Shown here: piece by piece, positions 27,391 through 42,187 of the stretch
Layout of the letters: each line of letters begins with the position of its first letter
Position numbering within the stretch: the first letter of the stretch is position 1
Origin: Calcarisporiella thermophila CBS 279.70
Taxonomy: Eukaryota; Fungi; Calcarisporiellomycota
Direction: 5' to 3'
Length of the DNA stretch: 64,000 nucleotides
NCBI RefSeq assembly: GCF_041956535.1
Contig: NW_027192206.1
Span: forward strand, 399,488-463,487
The notes under the pieces: model-generated
Told to the model about the DNA's origin: nothing
Seen by the model: only the letters and a program-made list of their open reading frames with translations
The model's database searches: none
Position numbers and translations under genes: made by a program

Positions 27391-28248
27391 GCTCTAGAGA
27401 GGAAGAATATAGGCACTTGACGAAAAATTACTAATGAGTTTGAGGGAAAGGAAGGAAAAGGGAGAGAAGAAGGCGGAAGTGACTTCGTGTGAACCAAGCG
27501 CTTCTTCTTGACGAACTCAAGGTTCGGCCGGTTGCGGGGGAGAGGGATTCGTTCAATCATTACCGAGAAAATAGATTATCCATGTGATAGTATCGAAAGG
27601 GGAACATAGAGTTTAGTTCGGGTGCATTGCCCTCTTTTAGTGCTGCGCTCGCATGCATAAGCCGCTATGAATAGGCTAATGGTCCGCAGATTGGGGGAGT
27701 GGGGGAAATTAAGCTTTCCCCGCATTTCGGAGTTCCTTTCACATGCAACACAATGACTCTTCATATACTACACGTATAAGTGCTCCAAGCCACCTTTGCA
27801 TTCTGCGTTATATAAGGGAATATATCTCGCCACGATCCTTCCCTACAAAGGGGCTAGCCCATAGTTAAGTCTGTGTTTAAGGTTCAAGAACGCTCAGTTT
27901 ATTTATAAAATTCAAGAGGAGGGGAAAAAAGGTGGAGAATAGACAAAGCTAGCCAAAAAGAGTTCCATAGAAAAAAGCAATTAGTCCAAATATATAGTCA
28001 GAGAGGAGAAGCTATAACCAAATCAATAATAAAATGTATGATTTAAACAAGAAGAAATCAACTTTATGCCAAAAAAAATAATGTTGAAAAAAAAAACGAG
28101 GAAAAAAAGAAGCGGCAACTACATAAAGGATCCATCATTATTGTAAGGTGATTTTTTATTTTTTTTTAAGAAAAATAATATTTATGAAGGGGAAAAGAAA
28201 AAGGACAATGAAAAAAATTACACACACGGAAAGACAAAATAAAGGAAA

Positions 28249-30132
28249 CTATGCAGTAAGAGTCGAGAAAATAAACAGATTATTTGTTGCCGCAACTGCT
28301 ATAGTATTTTCACGAGGATGCCACGATGCATGCAGGATCTTGCGATTATAGTCGATTGTATCCGGGTTCAAATCCTTTCCATTTTTCCGTGGCGTCCCCT
28401 TGTTGCCCTTCCCTACAGTAGATGCTGCTGCTCCGATTCGCTTGGCCTTAAATGCGCTCTTGTCCGCCTGTAGTGTGATATCTGTCTTTCCTTCGCGGTC
28501 GTAAATGTGCAAGTAGTTATTATATGTACCCGTAAGGACATTGCTACAAGGCAAAGGGTGGGTTATAGGAAATCCACGCTAAACGGTCCTTGTAGAGGCT
28601 TGAGTTACCTTCCATCGCCATTAAACATGCACTCAAACTTATCAAATATACAATCATTCTCGTAGAGATCACACAGCTTCGGACGTAGGTGATCGTGGAT
28701 GTTGATAGTCGTGACTGGCTTATTCTCCATGTTAATGTCCCAAATTTTGAGCGTCATGTAATCACGTGACAAAATATAACGCCCATCGGCGCTGAACTTG
28801 ATGTCAGAGATGGAGGAGATAATCTCCGAGAAGAATGAGCGACTTGATGGGTCATCTTCTTCTTCGAACACTAGGAATAGAATAGGTCAGAGCCAAGAAA
28901 AAAAAATCCTAGAGCGAGATCCTATATTACATTTTGCGTGTCGATCACATAATGCCGATTCTCGCATATCACCAAGTTTGATGGTGCCTTTACTGCTGCT
29001 GTATGCAAAAATGTTGCAGTATACGGGATGGTTCTCACACGCGGTGATGACTTCGGTTAGCTCCTCCATGTTGGCCGGTTTAATATCCACAATATCTAGT
29101 GGAAAAAAAAAGGGTGGAAAAGAGTTTAGCCTTGAATGGCGTCCTGTTTGAAATGCACGCTTCTACTCACTGAAGCTCTGGTCGCTAATGTCCAAATTCC
29201 ATAAATTGATGCGAAGGTCATCCGCGGAGAGGAATGTTTCCCCGTCAGAGTTGATGGAAATCGAGTTGATGTGGTAGGCATGTGCGTTCTGGTAGATTTT
29301 TCGAGGTACTGCGGCAACGATTGTATCATGTAATGAGAGTTTTGGGAGACGAAGAGATTGAATACTACTCATATCGGGAACGCCATTTGTGCCCGTAAGA
29401 TTGCTCTCTGACACGACCTTGATATTCTTTTCGAAAATTTTCCACAGTTTAATGGTCTTGTCTGCAAAAGGGTTGGGATGAATAAGAGCCAGTGGAAATC
29501 AATTGCCAGAGCGTCAATGCATACCATTTGTTGAAAGGAGAAAATGGGCAGAATTGCTACGCTTGCACCATTTGATCTTGTTGATCTTCTCTTCAATTTC
29601 CAAACTCTTCAAATAATCAAATTCCGCGTCATGCGACTGAAACTCTGTATAGAACCTATACTCGCATCCATGTTTCTGAACAATTTATGGAACCATTAAA
29701 ATTTGTTAAATTCGCATCGGACGAACACTAAACCACTTACACCCTCATTTCGCTCAAACAGCACAACACGTCCACCTCTATCGCCTGTTGCAAGATAGTC
29801 GCCGGTGTAATCAAATTCCACAGTTGAGATGATATCCGCTATTATCAAGAGACACAAAGAATATTAAGTAACACATTCAATCCCATGTACATTGATTGCA
29901 CAATTAAAACAACGATGATGCGCCCATCCTCAATCTGCTCAGCTATATGTACATTCCCCAAATTTTTTCACCTCCACTTTGCTGGCATCGGGCAAGCATT
30001 CTCACCGGCACAAACAAAGTGAGGATGATGCTAATTTAATGAAGACGATGCCATACCTTCCGTAATATCCTCTATCTCGCCCTTATCGCCGAAGCATTGT
30101 GCAAATTTCCAGTTATGTTCAATCTCCGTCAT
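28249..30132 (-). CDS. CDC55: PP2A regulatory subunit B55, multi-exon
   Basis: [96 protein letters not shown]. Confidence 0.97.
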
Positions 30133-30464
30133 TGCTGTTAAGATCGCAACTTATTCGGTTGATTTTCCAAATATTGATAAATATGAGTCAAAGAAAAATT
30201 AAGCTGCCGTAATGGAGAAAAAAAAAAGATAGCCTCTGGGTGAGGAACTAAATGGTTTAAAATTGCAAGGGAAATGCGCGACTTGGATGAAAAGAAAGAC
30301 CCCTCGAGCGGTTTTTTTACCAACCTGTGGCGAGTTGTTAACGTCATTAATTTTAATTTTTTAAGGGGAATGACGTCGTCAGGTTGGTAAACATCTTTTT
30401 CTCTATCAGTTCGCTCAGAGATTGGATCCGACTGATTTGCTCCCTCCCTCCAAAGAAAATAAGG

Positions 30465-32886
<2,422 letters not shown>

Positions 32887-33144
32887 AAATAAACAAAAAT
32901 GCGTTGTTTTAATCTTTTTTCTGTTCGTGTTTACTTTTTTTTTTGTTCGCCTCAAAAGATTATACTTCCTAATTTTCCATTGTCTTCCACTTTAGGGAAA
33001 GAAAAAAAACTATGGTATACAATTTTTTTATTATTTCACTGTGGCACTATTTCGCTTAAAATAAGACTCTAATGATAAAAATCCAAATTGAACAATAAGA
33101 GAAAGCGAGGAAACTAGAAACAGAACTCTAAATAGCCGATTAAT

Positions 33145-34455
33145 TTAAAACTTGAGCGCCTCCGTATACACCTCGGTGCCGTCGAAGTCATCGCCCTCCT
33201 TGGGCCATGCAGTGCGCATCTGCTCAAGCAGCGCGTCCTTTTCAACGAACCGATCACGCACCCACTGATTCAACCCGGCATCGTCTTGCGGAAGCTCATC
33301 CACGGAGTATCTCCGCACGTGCACGTGGCATTCATATTCAGGGGAGATTCTTGGCTGATGGACGCGCTGTACGGAGGGAGGGTGGCCGAAACCGAGTGTT
33401 TCATGCTTATATGCAATGGTAAAGTCGTATACGTGCTTGATATTGGTACCGCGAAGTGCTTTCACGGTGGAAATAAATCCTTTCGTGCGAGGCAGAAGGA
33501 CATTCTTAAGGACGGGAAGATCATGGGACTTGGCATAGAGCTGGCTCTACAATCGGGGAAGAGGGGAGGGAGTTCAGGGGCGGATTAGGGGTTTCGTTTC
33601 CATCTACAGCAGAACGAACGGCAGGGTGCCTACCTCATGGAGTTTCTTGGGGGTGGCGCGAGATCCCTCCAAAAAGCTGATCAGTTGAATCGGGGGGTTC
33701 AGCCGCCGGATTTGCCCAAAGGCCAGGTTGATCTTGCGCTGGTCGCGCTGCCAATCCCGCTTAAGGAAGATCATGCCCATAATCCACATGCCCCACCCGT
33801 AGAAAGGTAACCACTTGAGGGAATCTTTGACGAAATAACGGCAATAGCCAATCATCCCGCGGCGAATCGAGAGGGAGTGCAGTAAATAGAAATCGGCCCA
33901 CGACAAGTGATTGCTGATGACAAAGGCCGATTCTCCCCTAGGAAGCTTGTGGCCCGAAAAAGTGATGCGACCCTGATTAACACGCTATGTGTGAAAGAGT
34001 GATTAATCGCGCCAACATGGAAGAAGACTATCTGAAGAGGGAGTGCATACCTCAAATATAAGCTGTATTCGAACCATAGCAGGAATTCAAAACGAGAATC
34101 AGTTAGAGTGCGTCTTATCGGGCCTTACAGTAAGCCGTCGAACTTACCTGCATAGTTATCCATACAATTCTCACGAGCTTGCTATTCAATTCATACCTAT
34201 ATAAGAATGCAATGCTTAGTGTTATGCTCCTGCCCCCATTCCACACAGATTGTTTACATTGTACGCTCCGAGAAGAGAGCGATAGGTAAAGAGAGGATCT
34301 GCACCGCATTGAGCACGCCAGTTAGACTACCCCAACAAAGAATCAGCGTTCTTAGTGTACAATTTCTAGCATTCAAAGTCAATTGTACGCAGTAGTTACC
34401 CGAATAGTGCGATCGTATAGAATACGGTTCGAAGAACCTGAACAGGGGATGTCAT
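33145..34455 (-). CDS. Lysophospholipid acyltransferase (AGPAT3/LCLAT1/Cst26-like), multi-exon
   Basis: NHLSWADF (NHX4D), IFLKRDW, FLEGSR, LLPRTKGF, VYDFTIAY, C-terminal WVRDRFVEKD. Confidence 0.9.
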
Positions 34456-35305
34456 GGTGGTCTAACCGTAGGGGAGGATTATGAATTGTCTCGGGGGCGA
34501 GATAACGGGAATGAATGTCGTATTTATTTGAAGAAGCTGCTTAGCGGGAATTCAATAGAACGAATCCCCCAAAAGAAAAACGAATCTAAATTGTAACTTT
34601 CAGATTGTCCTGAAAATCAACTTCACATGTTAAGGTATTCGTGTTATTATAATAAAGGGCCTGCATTGGCATTGTACCTCCAACTTTTTTTTCTTCCTTT
34701 TTTATTTTTCTTCTCTAATCTCATTCTTGCATTGTTTTTTTTTCATTTTCTCGCTATCACTACAGTATCATGGACAAATGCCAGCAAGTAGTGAGAAAAC
34801 GAAAAAAAAACAGCTAGAAAATTACAATTAAAACTGCTAAATCATAAGGAAACATAGCATAGGACGTAGTTCAATTCCCATCTAAAGTTGGTCAAAGACA
34901 AAAGGCGATTGAATAGAGCTAGGATGGCTATTGTCCCCCCTTGCTTTTTACGTCGGATTTCCCGAACAACTACTCGACCCCAACGCAAAAGATCGAAAGG
35001 GGGAAACGTTAAGAGAGGATGTGGAAAAGTGCCGTGTAAAATAATAGATCTTTCAAATAAAACTGGATTAGAGAATAAGTGATTGGTCGCTCAAAAATAG
35101 AGGAAAAAAAAAATAGATTTGAAAAAGGCGAAGAACGAAAAGCATGAAATATGGTTGAAAAATAGAGTCTCTTTTTTGATAAATTAAAAGGTTCAAAAAG
35201 TGTTGGAGAGGATGTATGCTTACCTTTTAAAAAAAAACTTCGCATCCAATGTGTCCAAAAACATTAAAATATACATTAAGCAGCGCTTATTTTTGCGTTT
35301 TGAGT

Positions 35306-36316
35306 TTATGGAGTTGGAAGATCGTCAGGGTCAATGGCATAGGATCTCCCACTCACCAGGGGCTCGGTGCCGACAAGCTTCTCACGGGCATTGTAGAGGT
35401 ATTTGTAGGCATTGCGAATCGTAAGCTCGCTGACACCGGCCACCTCGGCAATATCCTTGGGGCTTTTGGTCATCCCGAGCAGGGCGGAGACCATGTAAAT
35501 GCAGGCGGCCGCAACAGAGATAGGGCTTTTGCCAGCAAGGGTGCCCTGGTCCTTTACGCGCCGGACAAGCTCGACTCCAGCGCGCTGTACAAACACAGGC
35601 AACGCCAGGTGCGAGCAGAAACGAGCCATCAAGTCCTCCGAGTTTTGCACGGTGGTGTTGGTCTTGAACTTCTCTTGCAAGAGCTTGTAGCACCGCCCAA
35701 TGTCTCGCTTCGACACACGAGTCAACTTACAGATCTCTTTGAACGTACGGCCCACGTTCTCTTGCCGGCAAGCAATGAAGATACAGGCAGCAATAATCGC
35801 ATCCGGGGATTTTCCACGGAGCAGCTTCTCGTCCTCAACACGCTTGTACAGCTGCTTGGCAGTGTCAGCAACCGTGCGTGACAGAGAGATGCTATCGCAC
35901 ATGGCCTGGATATCCTTGTATGCTTGGATCAGCTGCCGTTCGCCGCGCTGGCTCATACTGCGACTATGCACTTTGTTGAGCAAGCGTGATGCCCCCGTGC
36001 CGCCATCGCGCTGGCCGATGACGGTATCGAGCTGTGAGCCATCAAGCAGCGGGTTGGCTGCTGCACCAACACGGCTTGGATCATCGCCCTCGTCGTCCGC
36101 AAACGTTCGCCACTCAGAGCGGGTGTCGATCACACGGTCGCCCAGCACAAGACCACAGTCTGCACACACCGTATCCCCAGAGGCAAATTCTTCCACAAGA
36201 TTTGGCACGGGATTACGGCAGTCGGGACAGATCAGGTGAATGTTAAGATTCCGCTCGATCTGCTTAGACCCGGTGTTCGCAGGCCCCTCTTTGAGCGGGA
36301 AAGGTTGCTGGAACAT
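35306..36316 (-). CDS. SUA7: General transcription factor TFIIB
   Basis: Zn ribbon CPDC...CADC, B-reader IDTRSEWRTF, DPSRVG, two cyclin folds (GKSPDAIIAACIF; GKSPISVAAACIY); intronless. Confidence 0.97.
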   Translation of the reverse strand: MFQQPFPLKEGPANTGSKQIERNLNIHLICPDCRNPVPNLVEEFASGDTVCADCGLVLGDRVIDTRSEWRTFADDEGDDPSRVGAAANPLLDGSQLDTVIGQRDGGTGASRLLNKVHSRSMSQRGERQLIQAYKDIQAMCDSISLSRTVADTAKQLYKRVEDEKLLRGKSPDAIIAACIFIACRQENVGRTFKEICKLTRVSKRDIGRCYKLLQEKFKTNTTVQNSEDLMARFCSHLALPVFVQRAGVELVRRVKDQGTLAGKSPISVAAACIYMVSALLGMTKSPKDIAEVAGVSELTIRNAYKYLYNAREKLVGTEPLVSGRSYAIDPDDLPTP

Positions 36317-36855
36317 AAAGAGAAGAGTTCCTAATACTTTTGATCCTTTTTTTCTTTGTGATGGAACTAGATCTGTATTTCCTTTTTTCTGTTTATTTTT
36401 TTAGCCTTTGTTAAGAAAAAGAAAGCGATGTTAAGTAAAAGAACAAAAATCTCCTCCTCAACCGGACAATGATGGCAGGGATAAAGAGAAAAGAAGGGCA
36501 CGGCTGGAAGGGAGATAAAATAAATGTTTTGTCATCAACTGCTGACGCCATCACCGTGGCTTGTGGGGCTAAGTGATTTATCTATATTGTTGCACGCATA
36601 TTTTTTTCTCCAATCCAATCAGCGAAACCGGTCGGAACTGAAAAGGGTTTACACTTCAAAAAAAGAGAACCCTACAGGAACCACGATAATCACTTTATCA
36701 TCTTATAACCGTAAACCAGCGCCGATACTCTCACTGTTGCTTCCATTGGCCCCGATTTTCCCTCCCCTATTCCCTTTCTTCTATATTCCCGGACTTGTGC
36801 CTCGCTTTTCCCACACCCCATCCAGTCCTCTTAGTTCAGTCCAGCTTAAAATAGC

Positions 36856-38775
36856 ATGACTTCTCCTAAAACAACAATACCTCAGCCCGACTATATCCAA
36901 CTGGATGGACTAGAAAGTGAATCCGAACCCGACGACGAGCCCCCCATTCTGCTCAAGAAGCCTGAAAATCATGTAGCTCCCCCACTCTCCCCCGAGCCAC
37001 AGCCCAACACGACATCGAGTTTTATCGACACCCGCTGGGGCATTTCGCGCCATTCGCTGGCGCTTGACAAGCGGGAAGAAGTGATTATTGAAGAGGATTT
37101 CGAGCCAGGCAGCGTAAGAGGATTGCTTGTGCAGGCGCAGGTTCCACTATTAATATCGGTTGTAGGCTTAATAATGGCGGGCTCGTTATTGGATATAATT
37201 CAGGTTTGTAAATTGTGTTGCTCTTCGATGATGGCCAAGAAAATCGGATAATAATGTCACACTATAGCATTGGGATGTATTTGTACAAGTAACGGAGTTA
37301 TTTATTTTGGTTCCGGTTCTCCTAAATTTGAAGGGAAACTTGGAGATGAATCTGGCGTCAAGACTCTCCACAGCGGTAGTTATCATTGTGACTATTAGCC
37401 CGATGGGTGCCTTTACTAATTCACTTGCTGTCCATGTAGGCGAATGTAGGCCAATTGGATAGAGGAAAAAGCCGTCGCTTGCTCGTTCTGGGAAATCTAG
37501 AGTTATTGGTCACGCAAGCCCTCATTGTAGGCTGTATCGCGGGCTTGTTTTCGTTTGTTCTCGGGCTAATATCCCATCCGCATGACAAAGCATCCTTTTA
37601 TGAATTTATGCTGATGCTCACCAGTAGCATGGTTTGCGCCGCACTCAGCAGTTTTGTTCTGGGAACATTCATGTGTGGGCTGGTTATTCTGAGTCGAATG
37701 TTGAGGATAAACCCAGGTAGATGGCGACTGCTCTATTAATTGACTCATCTCCCTTAACAAGTCTCGCTGTTACTGGTCTTTGTAGATAACATTGCTTCGC
37801 CTTTAGCGTCATCTTTAGGGGATCTGGTTGCACTGCTAATTCTTGCCGGATTCAGCCAACTTATGATGCAGTCACTGAGTAAGCTGGCTATTCTCGACGT
37901 TGACTTTTTTTCTGATTTTCCCCTCGTGAATTGACCCCCACTTCTCGCTGTAGACACATTCCTTTGCACCGGCATATTCATTGTCCTGGTTTTCTTTGTA
38001 CCTATTCTCGCTTGGTTGGTTTACCGCAACAAGTATGTCCGAAACCTGTTAACCGTAGGCTGGACTCCTATTCTTGTAGCCATGGCGATTTCAAGGTAAC
38101 TCCCCTGGTTCCTCTAGGGTACTTGTCTGATTGGCGCCACTATTCTAATGCCTCTCAATTTGTTATAGTATGGCTGGGTTGGTGTTGGAGCGTTTTGTGG
38201 CAGAATACATGGGCCTTGCATTGCTAGCGCCTGTACTTAATGGTAAGCAACCTGGAGATTCGAGTAGCAGCTTGAAGGAGTCCTTTAATCATAGCTTATG
38301 ATTGCCTCTTCAGGTATCACCGGTAACCTCGGTTCCATCTATGCGTCTAGAATCAGCACATGCCTCCACGCTGGCAAGCAGGAGCATTATTCCCGCGTAG
38401 AGTGGACTCTCTTCCTCATGAACCTTCCGATCCAGGCCACGTTCCTCCTCTGCGTGTGGTTGCTAGGGCTTGGCCACGTTCCCTTTACCTGGGCGTTCAT
38501 CGGGCTGTATATGGCGGCGGCAATTTTGCTTGGTTGGATGGTGCTCTTCCTTGCAAAATGGATGACATTGCAGCTCTGGAAGCGGGGTTTCGACCCGGAT
38601 AATTACGTGCTGCCGTATTTGTAAGCGGATGCTAATACTTGTCATTTTCCGGCTTGGAATCGCTAATCTATCTACCGCTTGTTATAGAACGTCCGCAATC
38701 GACGTGCTGGGCACGGGGCTGCTTTGTTTCGTCTTCTTTGCACTGGAGAGGATGAATTATATCTCCGTAGAATAA
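36856..38775 (+). CDS. SLC41/MgtE-like divalent cation (Mg2+) transporter, multi-exon
   Basis: Two MgtE-like halves: [21 protein letters not shown] ... [15 protein letters not shown] and [20 protein letters not shown] ... [15 protein letters not shown]. Confidence 0.9.
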
Positions 38776-39108
38776 GAGCATACGCTCTGCACCACCTTAT
38801 CGCATTAATAACTATAGAGCTTTTATGGATACACATTACCTTATTGCCCTAATTCATCTTGATTCAGACGCCACCCCTCCTTCATTAATATTATTTACAT
38901 ATTCTGTCTTACACTTGCCATTCCTGTTTCCTGTTTTTTCTGAAGCATGTAAACGAAAATAATTATTCTATTCTTTATACCCCCATTCCTCCAAAGGATG
39001 GCTCCCGTCAAGAGGGAGAGAGCTACTCCAATCCTGCCCTTTCAGACATCTATGCTATCCCAATTTATTTCAACAAACAAAAACATCCACAATAAAAATG
39101 AGATAGCT

Positions 39109-39995
39109 TCATCGCCGGTTCTTTTCCATCAAACTAGCGAGTTGCTGTGAGATGTCCGGGAGCTCCCGGGCAGGGCCTCGCGATTGCTGCTGGCTCTCTT
39201 GTAACTCCTTTAGCATTTCGGGATCTGGAAAACCAAAACCATGCATTGAATTCAAGTGATATGCGAAGAGGATCCATACCATATATCACTTACCGATATT
39301 TGCCAGCATTTTCGGCATAACAAAGAGCATGATTAAGCTGAAGCCCATCATCAGCATCAAGGGATTGGAGAACAGACTTGCAATATTGAAACCTTGACGG
39401 GGAACAAAATATTCTGCCGTCTGTTTTGTCGTGATATTGAGCGGATAATCGAGAACATGCCCGCGATTTGACCACGGAGTGTCCAATGTCTTGTAAGTGG
39501 CTTGAATGGAGTCGGGGAACACATCAACCCGCAGCCGCGGGAAGATGTGGCGGTGGGAATGGATTTCAAGGAGATAGGATCCCTCTGGGATGTTTGTGCT
39601 AACCATGGATTGCATAAGTAACAAAGGCATAAATGAGATTCTGTACGCAGCATCTACTTACAAAACGAATTTCCCATCTGCTCTGGTCAGGGTAGAGTAG
39701 ACACCACCATCTAAGACAACGCGTACGGAATTCTCTAGAGTGGGGATCAGGCACGTGTTTCAAGATGCGAATGTGCTAAGAGGATCATACAATACCTTTT
39801 AGGCCCCCAACAGCCGATACATGGCCCTCCAATTTACGTCCAACCACTGCGGATATTATACTAGAAATGAAAACGGAATCAGAGTCAGAACTAGGTGAAT
39901 GACTCGAAAGGCTAGACAAGCTTGATCCTATATATGAGTGTGTACCTGCAGAGTAATAAGAAAAATAGAGTAACCTGTGTTGGCCTCCTCATCAT
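39109..39995 (-). CDS. EMC7: ER membrane protein complex subunit 7 (DUF2012), multi-exon
   Basis: Signal peptide; DGKFV..NIPEGSYLLEI; FPRLRVDV; YFVPRQGFNIASLFSNPLMLMM...MPKML..DPE. Confidence 0.88.
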
Positions 39996-40216
39996 GACTT
40001 TGTGCCGACTTGCGATCCACGGCCGAGTCGAAATATAGGCCACATTATAAGCCACTGCGATTTGATGACGAGAACCTATCTACCCTGAAAAAATAAAAAA
40101 TAGTTCGACGATATTGCCAAATTTTTTGAGCTATTAGCATTAAGGGAAGGGAGTGGAGGCCCACACCGTTGATTCCACAGGGAAAAAGAATTCAATATTA
40201 GAAGATTCAAATAGTG

Positions 40217-41774
40217 ATGCTACGTTTATTTCCTCGAGCCCGCCTTACTCACCCCCTCTCCCTCAACCCCGCCTCTAAATTCCCGGCACACTCCCCCGTC
40301 TCAACTGTTCCTCTGACCTACTCTCGTCGCCCCTACTCCGCCTCCGCATACACCCCCTATGTTCGCACGCGTAACTTCCTCCTCGGCACCGGCGGTATTG
40401 TTGCACTTGTTCTCTTGACCGACTATTATTTCGATTCGCGTGCAGCCATTCATCGATATGCGATTATGCCAGCCCTCCGGCTCCTCGATCCCGAGACTAC
40501 TCACAGAATGGCAGTATGGACCCTAAAATGGGGACTGGGATCGGCGGATAGAAACACAGATGACGAAGTGCTCAAGACGGAGGTATAGCTGACCGTATGG
40601 CTTCGGTCGATCCATTTTGTTAACGTGTTGATTCTTTGGGTAGGTCTGGGGAAAGACCTTCTCTAATCCGGTCGGCGTGGCCGCTGGTTTTGACAAGCAT
40701 GCGGAAGCTATCGATGGGCTTTTCGATCTGGGATTCGGCTACGTGGAGGTGGGAAGTGTGACCCCTGAGCCGCAGGTGGGTGCCCAAACTTGTGCCTCAT
40801 TTCTTTGGGCGCCTTAATATCCTCATCTTCATTGCCTTGCTCGACTCGAGCCATTCGGTCATTTTCTAAATTGCTTTTCTGCCATGCTGTAGCCTGGAAA
40901 TGCCAAACCTCGCATGTTCCGTCTCCCTGCCGACCGCGCGGTGATCAATCGATACGGATTCAACTCGGAGGGCCATGCAGCCGTTCTCGCCCGGTTACGC
41001 GAACGACTGCGCCGATATCTGTACCGAGCCTCTCACGACTCCCCACAACCGATATCGGACTCCCTCCCGGCCGCCGTTCCGAACCAAAGTTTAAGAGAAG
41101 GGCGAGTACTGGGGCTCAATCTGGGGAAAAACAAAGCCAGTGACCCGGATTCCGTTGAGGATTACGTGAAGGGCATCGAGCGGCTTGGCGCCTATGGCGA
41201 TCTCATCGTGGTCAATATCTCGAGTCCAAACACCCCCGGATTGCGCGGACTTCAGCGCCGTGAGCTGCTAGAACGACTCTTGCTTGAGGTGGTGAAGGCC
41301 AGGGACCAGGTCCCAAGCAAGCCCCCGCTCCTCGTCAAAATTGCTCCAGATCTGACCCCGGCCGAGGTGGAGGATATGGCCACCGTGTTCTTGAACTCGG
41401 GCGTCGACGGGGTGATTGTGAGCAACACCACTGTCCAGCGGCCCGCCACGCTTAATACCACTGACGCAGTGGTAGACGAGGTTGGAGGACTATCAGGGCC
41501 GCCCGTCAAGCCACTTGCCCTGAACACGCTCAGGCAGTTGTACCGACTGACCAATGGCAAAATGACGCTGGTTGGCTGTGGTGGTATTTCGAGTGGAGCG
41601 GATGCGATAGAGTATGCGCGGGCGGGTGCCAGCCTCGTTCAACTCTACACGAGTTTCGCGTACGACGGCGTAGGCGTTCCGGCTCGGGTGAAGGACGAGA
41701 TCGTGAAGATCTTGAAGAGGGAGGGGAAGACATGGCGCGACATTATTGGAGAGGAGGGCAGTGGTGAAAAATAG
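40217..41774 (+). CDS. URA9: Class 2 mitochondrial dihydroorotate dehydrogenase, 3 exons
   Basis: Presequence plus TM; DPETTH; GVAAGFDK; [10 protein letters not shown]; [12 protein letters not shown]; LVKIAPD; GGLSG; VQLYT. Confidence 0.96.
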
Positions 41775-42187
41775 GCTCTCCCTCCTTTTTCTTTTTTCTA
41801 TTCTTCCCCACCCATCCCGCTCTGACATTTTCTTAACAATAGAATTTTATCTTGTCTTCTTTTTCCAACCCAACTGTTTCAATCCATATTTGCAAATTAG
41901 AAGGTTGATGAACGCATTGGATATGGGATGAGCATCGATTATAAACAAACGTCTAGTATCACAAAGATTGATAGTAAGGAGGAGAGAAGAAGAGAGAAGA
42001 AGAGAGGAGGGGGGGGGGGAATGAGGCGAGGAAGAGGGTGGGAGGAGAGAAAGAGAAAAAGGACAAATTACGAAACCAGAGTATTATCAATGAAAAATCA
42101 ACAAGAGAATGAAACGAATGAATGCCAATCCAGTATATATATCAGGTTGTGTATGAAACAAAAGTAAATGGAAACACAATGGAAACT

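Noticed and set aside
29839-30056. Long first intron of CDC55 as a snoRNA host
   Set aside because: No C/D or H/ACA arrangement or rRNA complementarity recognised by eye.
35306-36316. Intronless TFIIB as a retrocopy/pseudogene
   Set aside because: Intact ORF with all motifs; no poly-A remnant or target-site duplication identified.
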